Part shown: positions 22,058-32,945 of the stretch, piece after piece
How the letters are laid out: every line of letters starts with the position of its first letter
Numbering within the stretch: position 1 is the first letter of the stretch
Virus record (IMG/VR): IMGVR_UViG_3300025030_000083
Coordinates: 1-64,000 of that record
Length of the DNA stretch: 64,000 nucleotides
Source: an uncultured virus (IMG/VR IMGVR_UViG_3300025030_000083)
Lineage: Duplodnaviria > Heunggongvirae > Uroviricota > Caudoviricetes
Strand: one strand, 5' to 3'
The notes under the pieces: model-generated
Seen by the model: the letters and a program-made list of their open reading frames with translations, nothing else
What the model was told of the DNA's origin: nothing
Database searches by the model: none
Program-made: the position numbers and the translations under genes

Positions 22058-24073
22058 ATGTTCAACCATTTTAAGGTAGCGGTAAGTAAACAATTTGATA
22101 AAATGAGAAAACATGATCTTTTCCGAACTCAGGTAGAGAAAGACTTACTTTGGGATACCTACCTCAAGAGTTTCCCCCCTGGATCAAATCCAATTTTTCG
22201 AGAAAGGACTGAGTACGACTGTCAGTGTTGCAAACAATTCATCAGGGCTGTTGGAAATGTCGTCGCTATAATTGATGGAAAAGTCGAGAGCATTTGGGAC
22301 ATTCAGGTAGATGTGGAACACTATCAAGCTGTCACCGATGCGATGGCAAATCTGGTCAAATCCAGTCCAATTGACAACGTGTTCTTTCATACCGAACGTA
22401 TCGCTGGGACGGATAAGAACTTTCACCAACTACTTGGTCAAGTAAAAACGTGGGAGCACTTCTTCATCAATATTCCTGAAGAATATGTCTGTAAGAAAAT
22501 CGACATTGGTCCCAAGTTATCTGATTCCCGCGCAACTCACGATGTACTGCTCCGAAGTCTGGAGGAGATAACTGACGATGCTACCGATACAGTTCTAGAA
22601 CTAATAGCGCAAAACTCATTGTATCGGGGACAAGAATATAAATTTGTGGTTGAAAGTTTTGTAACATTGAAAAAAAGGTTTAGCAATTCAAAGACCAGCG
22701 AGGGGAAAAATTCTTTCGTGTGGTCACAGATCAAAATAGTGCAACCATCTATATCTAGGATTAGGAGTACCGTTATAGGGACCCTGTTAACAGATCTTTC
22801 TGAAGGTAAGGAAATGGACGCAGCCGTAACATCCTTTGAATCGAAGGTAGCGCCAACTAATTACAAGCGTCCGACTGCTCTTGTCACAAAGGCCATGATT
22901 GAACAGGCGAAGAACAAAATTGAAGAGATGGGGCTTACTTCGGCCCTTGAACGTAGGTACGCCACAATTACCGATATTACCGTTAACAACATCATATTTG
23001 CAAATCGTGAAGCCCGTAAGAAGATGTCTGGTAACGTGTTTGATGATATTGCGGGCCAGGTTTCCGAGAAACCTAAGAATCTGGATAAGGTAGAAGAGGT
23101 TTCAATTGATAAGTTCCTTACTGATATCCTACCCAAGGCTGATTCAATTGAAGTTCTATTTGAAAATCGCCATACTGGCAATCTAGTTAGTTTGGTAGCT
23201 CCAGTCAATCCAACTGCAGGATTTTTATTCAAATGGCCTAATAATTTCAGTTGGTCTTATAAAGGAGAGTTGGCAGACTCCATTAAAGAACGAGTCAAGA
23301 AGGCCGGGGGAAACGTTTCTGGAGATTGGTGTAACCGACTGGCATGGTACAATCATGATGACTTAGACTTTCATATGAAAGAACCAAACGGAAACGAAAT
23401 ATACTTTGCTAACAAGGGGACTTCCCCATGCGGTGGACGGCTAGATGTAGATATGAACGCTGGCCACGGGACTACACGTGAACCTGTCGAAAACATCTTC
23501 TATTCGGACAAACGAAAGCTACAGGAAGGTAATTATTCCTTACGAGTTCATAACTACTGCAGACGAGAATCAGTTGATGTAGGATTTGAAGTTGAAATGG
23601 ACTGGTTGGGAACTATCTACCGGTTTGCTTACGATAAGCCCGTCAAAAGCAATGAAACGATTGTAGTTGCAGAGATCAAGTATTCCCATGTTAAAGGGGT
23701 TGAAATTGTCAAATCTCTCCCATCATCTCAGTCAGTGAGAGAAGTATGGGGAATTCCAACCCAGACGTTCCATAAAGTCAACGTAATGATGTTATCTCCC
23801 AATTATTGGGATAACAAGACGGTAGGAAATAAGCACTTCTTCTTCATGATTGACGGATGTTTAAATGATGGAAAGGCTCGTGGATTTTTTAACGAATTCT
23901 TAAAGGGGGAATTCAATGCACATAGAAAGGTATTTGAAATTGTAGGTGCCAAGATGAAAACGGAAGAATCCAACAACCAACTAAGCGGCATCGGCTTTTC
24001 CAGCACTCAACGTAGCAACGTGTTATGCAGAGTTAAGGGCAGTTTCTCTCGCACCATCAAAATCAACTTCTAG
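22058..24073 (+). CDS. Large conserved phage protein with a YfaP/DUF2135-like domain
   Basis: LAWYNHDDLDFH..EP, GGRLDVDMNAG, PVENIF. N-terminal DCQCCKQF. Confidence 0.7.
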   Translation: MFNHFKVAVSKQFDKMRKHDLFRTQVEKDLLWDTYLKSFPPGSNPIFRERTEYDCQCCKQFIRAVGNVVAIIDGKVESIWDIQVDVEHYQAVTDAMANLVKSSPIDNVFFHTERIAGTDKNFHQLLGQVKTWEHFFINIPEEYVCKKIDIGPKLSDSRATHDVLLRSLEEITDDATDTVLELIAQNSLYRGQEYKFVVESFVTLKKRFSNSKTSEGKNSFVWSQIKIVQPSISRIRSTVIGTLLTDLSEGKEMDAAVTSFESKVAPTNYKRPTALVTKAMIEQAKNKIEEMGLTSALERRYATITDITVNNIIFANREARKKMSGNVFDDIAGQVSEKPKNLDKVEEVSIDKFLTDILPKADSIEVLFENRHTGNLVSLVAPVNPTAGFLFKWPNNFSWSYKGELADSIKERVKKAGGNVSGDWCNRLAWYNHDDLDFHMKEPNGNEIYFANKGTSPCGGRLDVDMNAGHGTTREPVENIFYSDKRKLQEGNYSLRVHNYCRRESVDVGFEVEMDWLGTIYRFAYDKPVKSNETIVVAEIKYSHVKGVEIVKSLPSSQSVREVWGIPTQTFHKVNVMMLSPNYWDNKTVGNKHFFFMIDGCLNDGKARGFFNEFLKGEFNAHRKVFEIVGAKMKTEESNNQLSGIGFSSTQRSNVLCRVKGSFSRTIKINF

Positions 24074-24090
24074 GAAGAAAGGAGAACAAA

Positions 24091-24477
24091 ATGTTTGAAA
24101 AAGCATCTCGGTTCAAGCTTCGGTTTGATACAACCCAGGGACAACTCGATGTAGAAGATTTATGGGACCTTCCGTTAACCAGCGGAAATAGGGCCAATCT
24201 GGATGATATCGCCAGAGGACTTTCCAAACAAGTGAAGGAAGCCGAAACGGAATCCTTTATAGTAAAACCCGCAAAAGCCAACGAGATTACCTTGCTGAAA
24301 TTTGATATCATAAAGCATGTAATAGAAATTCGTCTGGCAGAGAATGAGGCCGCTGCAACAGCCAGGGCCAACAAGGAACGGAAACAGAAGATCCTTGCCA
24401 TCATTGCAAACAAACAAGACGAACAACTTGCTACGTCTTCCATCGAAGACCTGCAGAAGTTGGCTGAAGCTCTTTAA
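24091..24477 (+). CDS. Conserved phage coiled-coil protein
   Basis: MFEKASRFKLRF....G.L.VEDLWDLPL family with a strong RBS. Confidence 0.7.
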   Translation: MFEKASRFKLRFDTTQGQLDVEDLWDLPLTSGNRANLDDIARGLSKQVKEAETESFIVKPAKANEITLLKFDIIKHVIEIRLAENEAAATARANKERKQKILAIIANKQDEQLATSSIEDLQKLAEAL

Positions 24478-24484
24478 TAAATAT

Positions 24485-24580
24485 TTGAACTCCCGGACCC
24501 AGTAGGTTAAGCCGGACGACAACCAACCTTCGGGCTAGTCACCTTGAAGGGGCTGATCTGGGTCTGGGGGTACGACACCA
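24485..24580 (+). ncRNA. Candidate structured ncRNA upstream of rtcB
   Basis: 13-bp stem 24490-24502/24558-24570, cUUCGg apical loop, 3' end ACCA. GC-rich in an AT-rich context. Confidence 0.45.
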
Positions 24581-24603
24581 AAAAATATTTGAAAAGGGGT
24601 AAA

Positions 24604-25812
24604 ATGTTTGTACTTGACGGTTGGAATAAACCGATAAAAGTATGGCTAGATTCTCAAAAAGATATTGAAGACAGTTGTTTAGAACAAGCAAATAACTTAT
24701 CAAAATTACCATTCATATTCAAACAGGTATCCCTAATGCCGGATACCCATAGCGGGTATGGAATGCCCATCGGAGGGGTGATAGCCACTCAAGATGTTAT
24801 TATTCCTAATGCAGTTGGCGTTGACATCGGATGTGGAGTTTCTCACACCGCAACAGAAATTCCAGTTAAGGATTTTAGAATATTCCTTCCTGAAATTGTA
24901 GAAAAAATCATGGTTCGTATTCCTGTAGGATTTAATCATCATAAGAAATCCCAAACTTGTAACTCCATCAGTAAATGGTTATCTGGGAGATGGAAAGGGG
25001 AGCCAGAAGAAATCATATTGGTTAAAGAACTACAACCGGAACTTAATAGAGGATATTACCAAATTGGCACGTTGGGTGGGGGCAACCACTTTATCGAATT
25101 GCAAGAGGATACTAAACGTGAGACAATGGGTATTATGATTCACTCTGGATCAAGAAATTTTGGATTAAAAATTGCTAAATTATTTAATGATAAAGCAAAA
25201 AAGTTAAACAAGGAATGGTTCTCCTCCGTTCCTGAGAAACATGATTTGGCTTTTCTTCCCATAGATTCAGATGAGGGAAAATTATATCTTTGGTGGATGA
25301 ATCTTGCTTTATCTTTTGCAGAAGAAAGTCGTAAACATATGATGGGAGTTGTAGAAAATATCATTTTAGAATACACTGACGGACCCGGATTTTCCGGGAC
25401 TATCGACGTTCCCCACAACTACGCAGCCATAGAGCACCATTTTGGAAAAGACGTATGGGTTCACCGAAAGGGGGCCATTAGAGCAAGAGAAGGAGAGGTA
25501 GGTATCATCCCCGGATCTATGGGATCATTTTCTTACATTGTCGAAGGGAAAGGTAATAAAGAATCCTTCCAATCCTGTTCCCACGGAGCGGGAAGGAAGA
25601 TGTCTCGCAAGAAAGCAAAAGAGTTGTTCCCCTATGATTACGTTATGTCTGATTTAAATGCGAAAGGAATAGTAGTGGGAGTTCCTGATCCATCTACTAT
25701 TGGAGATGAGTGTTCAAGTGCCTATAAAGATATCAAATATGTTATGGATCAGCAGAAGGATTTGGTAGATATTATTACTGAATTAAAAACTATTGCGGTG
25801 GTAAAAGGATAA
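24604..25812 (+). CDS. rtcB: RtcB family RNA ligase
   Basis: MPDTHSGYGMPIG, VGVDIGCG, GTLGGGNHFIE, IHSGSR, HNYA, HRKGA, IPGSMG, SCSHGAGR, AYKDI. Confidence 0.95.
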   Translation: MFVLDGWNKPIKVWLDSQKDIEDSCLEQANNLSKLPFIFKQVSLMPDTHSGYGMPIGGVIATQDVIIPNAVGVDIGCGVSHTATEIPVKDFRIFLPEIVEKIMVRIPVGFNHHKKSQTCNSISKWLSGRWKGEPEEIILVKELQPELNRGYYQIGTLGGGNHFIELQEDTKRETMGIMIHSGSRNFGLKIAKLFNDKAKKLNKEWFSSVPEKHDLAFLPIDSDEGKLYLWWMNLALSFAEESRKHMMGVVENIILEYTDGPGFSGTIDVPHNYAAIEHHFGKDVWVHRKGAIRAREGEVGIIPGSMGSFSYIVEGKGNKESFQSCSHGAGRKMSRKKAKELFPYDYVMSDLNAKGIVVGVPDPSTIGDECSSAYKDIKYVMDQQKDLVDIITELKTIAVVKG

Positions 25813-27088
25813 TGAAAGAAGATGAAAATGGTTGGTGGGATGTTCCTGCACTTAAGAAATGGATATGCCCAAATTGTAAAGTAAAATCGGCGGCAGAATT
25901 ATGGTCCAAATGCGAACCCTACTGTAGTGATTGCGGAAACCATGACGGAAGAAAATGCCCGAATTGTGGGGATGAATTTGACCACGTATGGGGAGCAAGG
26001 GATATAGCTAATGCTAATTTAAAAGCAGGAGGGTCTGATGCTTAAAATGACCATATACGTAGAAAAAGATCCTCTGGCTTCTATCGGTAAATATGAATAT
26101 AATGGTAATAACGAAATCGGTAAGATATTGGTAATAATTTCGGAGTCATTATTAAAACACCTAATTATTGGTATGGACAAAAATTAAATAAAATAGAGAT
26201 AGTGAGTGAATAAATGAAATATAAAATAGTAAAAGTTCAAACTAGTGTAGAACCTCCTGGTCAAGTATTGATATATAATGAAGATAGGTCCATTGTGTAC
26301 CAAGGACCTATTCCAAAAGAAATAAAAAAATTAATGTTATGTAAACGAAAAGAATTTTTTTATGCTCATATAGAAGGAACTAATATCGTTTTAGGCCCTT
26401 TATCCAAATGGCAGAATTGGTAATGAGTTGCTGCTTATGCACCAAAAAGGAAAAAGGGGCTGACCGCCATGCCATCTACATTTGTTCAACATGTACCTAC
26501 AAATTGAATTCTATCCCCCGATCTGAGGTAAGAAATGCCATCGACAGATTATATCTAGCCAATCGTGTTGAAGATGCCAGATTCGTAGAAAGAGTTGCAT
26601 TTGGAAGTAACGCCTACTCTCCTGAACCTCCCAAAATGTTGAAAAGAACCGTAGCCATAAAATTGCGGAAAAAATCTATATGACGGAAGACTTATTGATT
26701 CATACGTCCAATGTAAAAGTTAGTGTATTAAAACCCAACAAAATTTATGAATGGGATAAACCCTGCATATATTTTAGTCTCAATTAGTTTATATCTTTTT
26801 TTGGGAAATATATTTATTTATTCCAAAAAAAAGTTCTGGAAGAAAACTTTTTTGTTGAAAAATGTTCTTCCAAAGGAGTTGAAACGAGTTCTATAGTTTA
26901 TATGAAAACAATTCCAATAGAATATAGGTATCGAAGCGAGGACTTGGGGCATGAATTTAGGGTATACCAACCTATAGATGTTCAACGTTACTGTTTAGGA
27001 GTGATAACAAATTTCAATCATTTAAAAGGGGTTTTAGAAAGAAAAATAAATGAAAAAATAATAATAGACCAAGTAGATTTTTCTTTAG

Positions 27089-27182
27089 GTGACTACCCCC
27101 CTGCATGAATGCAGGGGCTTCTTGGGGCACGCCCCAGGCTGTGTAGCCCCACAGCCAAAATATTTAAGGAGGCATTGTGATC
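27089..27182 (-). mobile_element. Orphan IS200/IS605 right-end remnant (tnpB 3' end / omega-RNA scaffold)
   Basis: Minus strand reads DHNASLNILAVGLHSLGRAPRSPCIHAGG* then TCAC. Hairpins CCCCTGCAT/ATGCAGGGG, TGGGGC/GCCCCA and GGCTGTG/CACAGCC. Confidence 0.75.
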
Positions 27183-27225
27183 GCCGGTGGAAGGACCATT
27201 CACACCGCCATCGCCGCCCGTGCGT

Positions 27226-27582
27226 ATGATTGATTCAATCTTATGTGGGGAATGTAGATCTCCTATGAGGCTTCTAGAATCTAGAAAATTTGGAAAATTC
27301 TACGGGTGTACCAAATGGCCAGAATGTAATGGAACTCATGGTGCCCATCAAAAGACGGGGAAACCTTTGGGAATCCCCACCAACGCAGAAACAAAGAAAG
27401 CTAGGATACTAGCGCACGAGGTGTTCGATATTTTATGGAAGAGGGGAAAGATGACTAGAAAAGAGGCATATAAGTGGATGAGAAAAAATCTATCCCTTTC
27501 CTCTGAAGATGCCCATATATCTAGGTTTGATATAGCAACTTGTGAATTATTGATATCTGCTATAAAAGAGAAAAGAAAATAA
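27226..27582 (+). CDS. Topoisomerase-type C4 zinc finger / DUF3268-like protein
   Basis: CGEC..PM......GKFYGC..WPEC, PLG.P.N...R..AH..FD.LWK, AHI..FD...C. Confidence 0.75.
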   Translation: MIDSILCGECRSPMRLLESRKFGKFYGCTKWPECNGTHGAHQKTGKPLGIPTNAETKKARILAHEVFDILWKRGKMTRKEAYKWMRKNLSLSSEDAHISRFDIATCELLISAIKEKRK

Positions 27583-27637
27583 CTCAAGGAGCAACCATGA
27601 CCGCCCCGCCCTTGCGCGGGGAATAGGAGGGGGGAAG

Positions 27638-27895
27638 ATGATGACGGAGATTAAGCCCTGTCCGTTTTGTGGTGGTACGACTGTCGAGTGTTTGCAATAC
27701 GACGAGGATGGCGATTACGCTGCAATCTTTTGTCGTAAAAAGGAGTGCCACGCATCGGGGCCGCCAGTTGATGCCATCCACGGTGAGGACGAGGACGACG
27801 ACGAAGAGATGTCTTACAACAAGGCATTGGAAGCGTGGAACCTGCGCTCGTTGGAGGGGGTTTCCAACCCCCAACCGAAAGGAGAATCAAAATGA
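27638..27895 (+). CDS. Lar-family restriction-alleviation-like zinc protein
   Basis: IKPCPFCGG...A.EAWN.R. Confidence 0.65.
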   Translation: MMTEIKPCPFCGGTTVECLQYDEDGDYAAIFCRKKECHASGPPVDAIHGEDEDDDEEMSYNKALEAWNLRSLEGVSNPQPKGESK

Positions 27896-28149
27896 AAAGA
27901 CTGGTCGAGGAAATCGAGGATGACGGCTTCACCCCGTTCATAGGCCAACGCATCACTCTGCTTTGTATGAATTACTTCTATACCGGGAAGTTGATCGCGA
28001 TGAACGAGGATTTCCTGGAATTGGCAGATGCGGCGATCATCTACAAGACGGGGGCGTGGGTCGATAAAATATGGAAGGACGCCCAACCTCTCCCCGGCAA
28101 TGTGCGTGTGCGGGTGGCGACGATCGAAGCGTACGGAGTGTGGAAATGA
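27892..28149 (+). CDS. Small phage protein, possible Sm-like fold
   Basis: IGQRITLLCMNYFYTGKLIAMNEDFLELADA. AAGGAG RBS. Confidence 0.45.
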   Translation: MKRLVEEIEDDGFTPFIGQRITLLCMNYFYTGKLIAMNEDFLELADAAIIYKTGAWVDKIWKDAQPLPGNVRVRVATIEAYGVWK

Positions 28150-28979
28150 GACCACGAAAGCGTAAACAATTGTTGGGGTCGCGGTCGGGGTCGTGGTCGG
28201 AGTGATATGTGCTCGCTGAACAAGGAGGGTATAGGATGACGGACGAAGAACAGAAAGATTGGGAAGATTTCATCGTGTGGCTTGACTCGGAGGATGCGTA
28301 CAAGGTGTGCTTCGATTCCGATTCTGATACCGCTCACGCCATTCGCATGGTGGCGAAGGAACTGAAGGAGCGCAGGGAGGACGAGGAGTGGCTGATGAAG
28401 AATCACTATAACACCCGCATCCATATCCATCCGAAGGCGTTCACAATCGACCATGATTACCAGCCGTGTGTACCTCATGAAACGCTCCACGCCGCTATCA
28501 CCGCCGCACGGGGGAAATGAAGATGCTGAAGAAATCAGAATGGTCTGTTATCGAATGGGCCGCAATACGCTGGTGGCAGGGGTATAGGCCGTATGATTGG
28601 AATATAAAGAAACACCTTTTGTCACCAACAATCAATATGTCCAGTCCGAGAGAACACGATTTAGCGAAAGCAGTAGTAGAAGCCATCCGGCGGAAATAGG
28701 GGGAGGAGAGATGAGTAAAGATAAGTGCCTGTGTGACATCAAGGGATATGTTACTGAGAGTTGCAATGAACATGCTTACTTACTCAAAGAAATAGAGTGT
28801 CCTCAATGCGTCCGCTTCCGGGAGAAGTTGGACCGGGAGAAGATGGCGAAGGTGATCCATCGTAATGACCATGAGTGTGCCGAGTCGCTTGACTGGTGGA
28901 AAGAACAAGGGGAAGCGAGGGAGACATACCGGAGACTCGCCGATGCCCTCATCAAATATCTCACCGAGTAGGAGGAAAC

Positions 28980-29510
28980 GTGGAACTGATAACGAAAGCG
29001 GATGATCCGAGACTTACCGGCAATGATATCCTCAACGGGTTAGTGCCGGGTGATCTCGTGACGGAATCTTTACGCGCCGTGTTGAAGGAACGGGATTCCG
29101 CGAGAGCGGAGAAGGAGGGGCAGGTGTGCGCCATGAAGCCGCCCATTGTCTGTATCTGCGGATCAACGCGCTTCAAGCAGGCGTGGATCGCTGAGAACGC
29201 CAGGCTTACCGGTGAAGGAAATATCGTCCTTGCGGTCGGGCTGTGGGGGCATCACGAGCGTGTTTTCCCTGACGCGGAGACGAAGAAGAAATTGGATGAA
29301 CTTCACCTACGTAAGATCGACCTATGTGATTGGGTGTGGGTGCTCGACATCGGCGGGTACATCGGCGAAAGCACACGGAACGAAATCGCCTACGCTGAGA
29401 CGCACGGGAAATTTGTTCGTTACTTGTCGAAGGAGATACCCGATTACATCGAGCCGGTTGATCCGTTACTCGCCGCCCTCTCCCGGCTCGCGGAGAAGGA
29501 GGGAAAATGA
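28980..29510 (+). CDS. Nucleoside 2-deoxyribosyltransferase-like protein
   Basis: ICGSTRF, LH..KID.CD...V..IGGYIGEST..EI.YA...GK.V. Start uncertain (GTG 28980 or ATG 29133). Confidence 0.65.
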   Translation: MELITKADDPRLTGNDILNGLVPGDLVTESLRAVLKERDSARAEKEGQVCAMKPPIVCICGSTRFKQAWIAENARLTGEGNIVLAVGLWGHHERVFPDAETKKKLDELHLRKIDLCDWVWVLDIGGYIGESTRNEIAYAETHGKFVRYLSKEIPDYIEPVDPLLAALSRLAEKEGK

Positions 29511-30241
29511 TACATCTGCTAATCGTTGCGATGCTGATAGCGGGAACGGGAGGATATGTAAGGAATGCATGAGGATGTTCAGGACGAATTACAGAGTCCG
29601 CCGCCCGCGCAGGGGGTGAGAGATGAAGGATGAAATAAACGTGTTGTAAGGAGGGGTGATGAAAATTGAATTGTACGGTAAAATTTATGAATGGGATGAA
29701 AAATCCGTAGCAGAAACCCATAACATATCAAATAGAAAAGTTTGTCTGGTTCATCATAATTTTATTAATGCCAATCTCCATTGGAGTAAAAAAGTTCCTT
29801 CCGGAGAATATCATATATCCCTACAAAATAATGGGGAAGACGAACGTTTTGGATCTCCTTGGGGTAGGGGGTACGGGGGGATAAGATTTTGTAAAAATTG
29901 TAAATATATAGATTGTATCCATATTTGGGAAGATGAAAAAGAAAAAGACGAATCTTGGAAAATTTGTAATCATAGTTGGCATGGGGGATTAGCAAGAAGT
30001 TATAATAACAACGGTGCAGAATGGATTTGTAATAAATGTGGTGCTGTTTATAGATTTATGTATGGTCATGGGGGAAGCCTATATGTATGCGATCCCTGCT
30101 ATAAAGCATCAATTGAGAGTATGACCCAACAGGGAGGAACATTGGAGAAGTATCTTTCAGAATATTGTTGTTCTCCCCGATTGCCTTTTATAAAAACTTG
30201 TGTAATTTGTAAAAGAAAAATAAGAATAACGTGAGGGGAAG

Positions 30242-30985
30242 ATGGAAAAACCAATTGCTTACAAAATTAATGCAAAAAAAGCATACTTGAAAGATGGAAC
30301 AGAGTTATGGATTCTTGAAAACGATAAATTTTTAATAGATCAAGCACCAAAAAATATAAAGGAACACAAGGGTCCCTTAGATGTAGTAGTTGATATTGGA
30401 GCACATATTGGGATAGTATCCATAGCAGCAGCTAAATTGGGGGCAAAGGTATATGCCTTCGAACCTTCAGAGCTAAATATTCAAATTCTTACCAGAAATA
30501 TTATAGAGAATAAATTAACAAATAAAATAACCGTAATTCCTATGGCAGTAACAAACCATTCTGGAGACTCTTTGCCATTATTTATGGCCACCAATATGAA
30601 CAGTTCTGGCCAACGTTCTTTAGTTTTTAAAATGGATGGGGATTTTCCTATTGAAAGTATGGCTACTACTATATCACTCAAAGATTTACTTATAAGGGTT
30701 TTCCAGATCGAAGAAAAAATTGACTACTTGAAATGTGACATAGAAGGCGGGGAGTGGATACTTATTGAAGAGGACCCCGAACTGAAAGAGTTGGTAAGCA
30801 AAGTAGGATTCATAGAAATGTCTGTTCACCCCCTAGGAGATAGTAGGTATTTCAGTGGAATACCTGGAGATTACGTTCAAACAATGGAAAGGTGGTTGGA
30901 ATCCTGCGTACCTGGGCGTTGGTGTATCCCGTGGGGAACTCCGACAGATAGAGACTTGTTAATCCAATTGGGGGGTGGAAAATGA
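30242..30985 (+). CDS. FkbM family SAM-dependent methyltransferase
   Basis: VVDIGAHIG, VYAFEP, IDYLKCDIEGGE. Confidence 0.9.
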   Translation: MEKPIAYKINAKKAYLKDGTELWILENDKFLIDQAPKNIKEHKGPLDVVVDIGAHIGIVSIAAAKLGAKVYAFEPSELNIQILTRNIIENKLTNKITVIPMAVTNHSGDSLPLFMATNMNSSGQRSLVFKMDGDFPIESMATTISLKDLLIRVFQIEEKIDYLKCDIEGGEWILIEEDPELKELVSKVGFIEMSVHPLGDSRYFSGIPGDYVQTMERWLESCVPGRWCIPWGTPTDRDLLIQLGGGK

Positions 30986-32945
30986 AAAAGAATCCTAAAG
31001 TTACTGAATTTGTAGTTACTGGGCAAGAAAAACGTAATTTTCATATGCGACCGGGGGATACATTAACCGTAACATTCAGAGAAGTAGGTACTTTTCCTAA
31101 TGGTAAACAAACAACAATATCAGAAGTTCCAGTTCTTACAGAAAAAATTACTGAACATATGACTACAGATGATATTTTTATTGCAAGGGCAAACATAGAC
31201 GGTCAACCTGCTAAAATGGGGGGATTTACGATTAAGAAAGAGGGAAAATAATGAACGCCATCCCATTATTTACGAAAGAGGGAAACCCAACGAATATTTC
31301 TTATTGTTCTTCCTGCAAACTCCCCCACGTTCACGACATAGCAGAGAATTGTTGTAAGAAGGGCATCTGTAAAATTTGTGAAAAGGAAACCCCCTCCGTA
31401 CATAATCTGATGTGCTACGACTGTCGAGATAAAGAACAAATGGAGAAGGCAGAGAAATTAGAAAATTGGGACGGTCCCGTAGTATTCAATGATTCTTATT
31501 ATGCTACTTTAGAAGATTTAATATGTTGTAATGATGAAGAAAAACTACCTGAATTCGTATATATCGCAGAAACTGAAAATATTCTTAAACTTGATGTAGA
31601 AGATATTTTGGAAAGACTTTGCGAGAACCTTTACGAAGATGCCTATGAAGATTTAAATGGCGTCGATGAATTTAAGAACGCCGTGAAGGATTTCAACGAA
31701 GCTAATGGGAGAAATACTTATCGGATGGAAAGTGGAAAAAAGGCTGTAAGAGTACCAAAGGGAGAAAAATAATGAATCTAATAATACAAAACACCGACGA
31801 AAGATTAAGAAATATAGAAAGGGAAATAATAGCAAATGGTTGCAAAGGACCAGAAGGGGTTCTCGTAAAATCCCTCCGTGCATCTCTTCTCAAAGAAGAG
31901 GAATTGAAAAATTGGATAGATGATCTCCAATCAGGAAATTGGATCACATGTGTCTACTGTGGTCACCGATATGGACCCAAGGAGAGCACCCCTGTATCAA
32001 TGGCCGATATTCTCAAAGAGCACATTGAAAAATGCCCGGAACATCCTATGTCAAAATTGAAATCCCAACTAAATCAAATAAAAGAAACCATACAAGATTG
32101 CATATGTCAAAAGTATGGTTCTGATAGAATCCTCCCGCATGATATATGCAAAAAAATTAATGCTATACTATCCCCACCAGAGGAGAAATAAAATGAAAAA
32201 ATTAGTTAAATTCAGTCTAATTTTATCCATTATCTTATTTGGATGTGCTGAGAAAAGATGGGTATGCTATGTGGATAAAAATGCAGATAGCAATTGCATC
32301 AAAGGAGATTGCGTTGAGATGGCAGAGAAAGGACAATTGAATTGTAGAAAGGGAAATAGGATAATGAAAATATATCCGCTCAAGGAAGCGTTCATTTACT
32401 CAGTTAATCCGCCAACTGATATTCAAAAATGTAGAGAAAGTGGTGATAAGGGAGAAATAAAATGACTCCAGCTATAGAAATAGCAATTTGCGGATTTCTA
32501 ATTCTCATAATATTAATATTAGTTTGGTGGTGGGGGTATCGAGAGGGAAAACAACGAAATTTACAAGAAGAAAAAGAAGTCGAATTATTAAAAATAGTTT
32601 ATAAAATGGGGCAAATTTTGAGAGAATGCCCCAACTGTGGTGAATGGCATAGTAATTGGAAAAAATTTATAGATTCTGTAGATATATTAAAAGCTCATTA
32701 TTCTCAAGAAAAAGAAATTAGGGAGAGTAAATGAGCCATAAAGTTTTACATACTGAAGAATGGTATGAGGATCATTGCGATACTTGCGAGCACAGTAAAG
32801 AACTTCATTGTTTAATTTCGAAAGAAGTAGTCATAAATGGAAAAAATAAATACATAGCATCGGGGTGTATGGTATTTATGGATAATGGACGGAGGCTTGA
32901 GGGGAATAATCCTCACCTGAGATGCAAATGTGGGGGGTTTAAGTA

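Noticed and set aside
24485..24580. Calling the structured element a Y RNA, SRP RNA or tRNA
   Set aside because: No Ro-binding helix, SRP loop or cloverleaf could be identified by eye.
24544..24603. TTG-start N-terminal extension of RtcB
   Set aside because: It lies in the structured element. ATG 24604 has a purine-rich RBS and a more plausible N-terminus.
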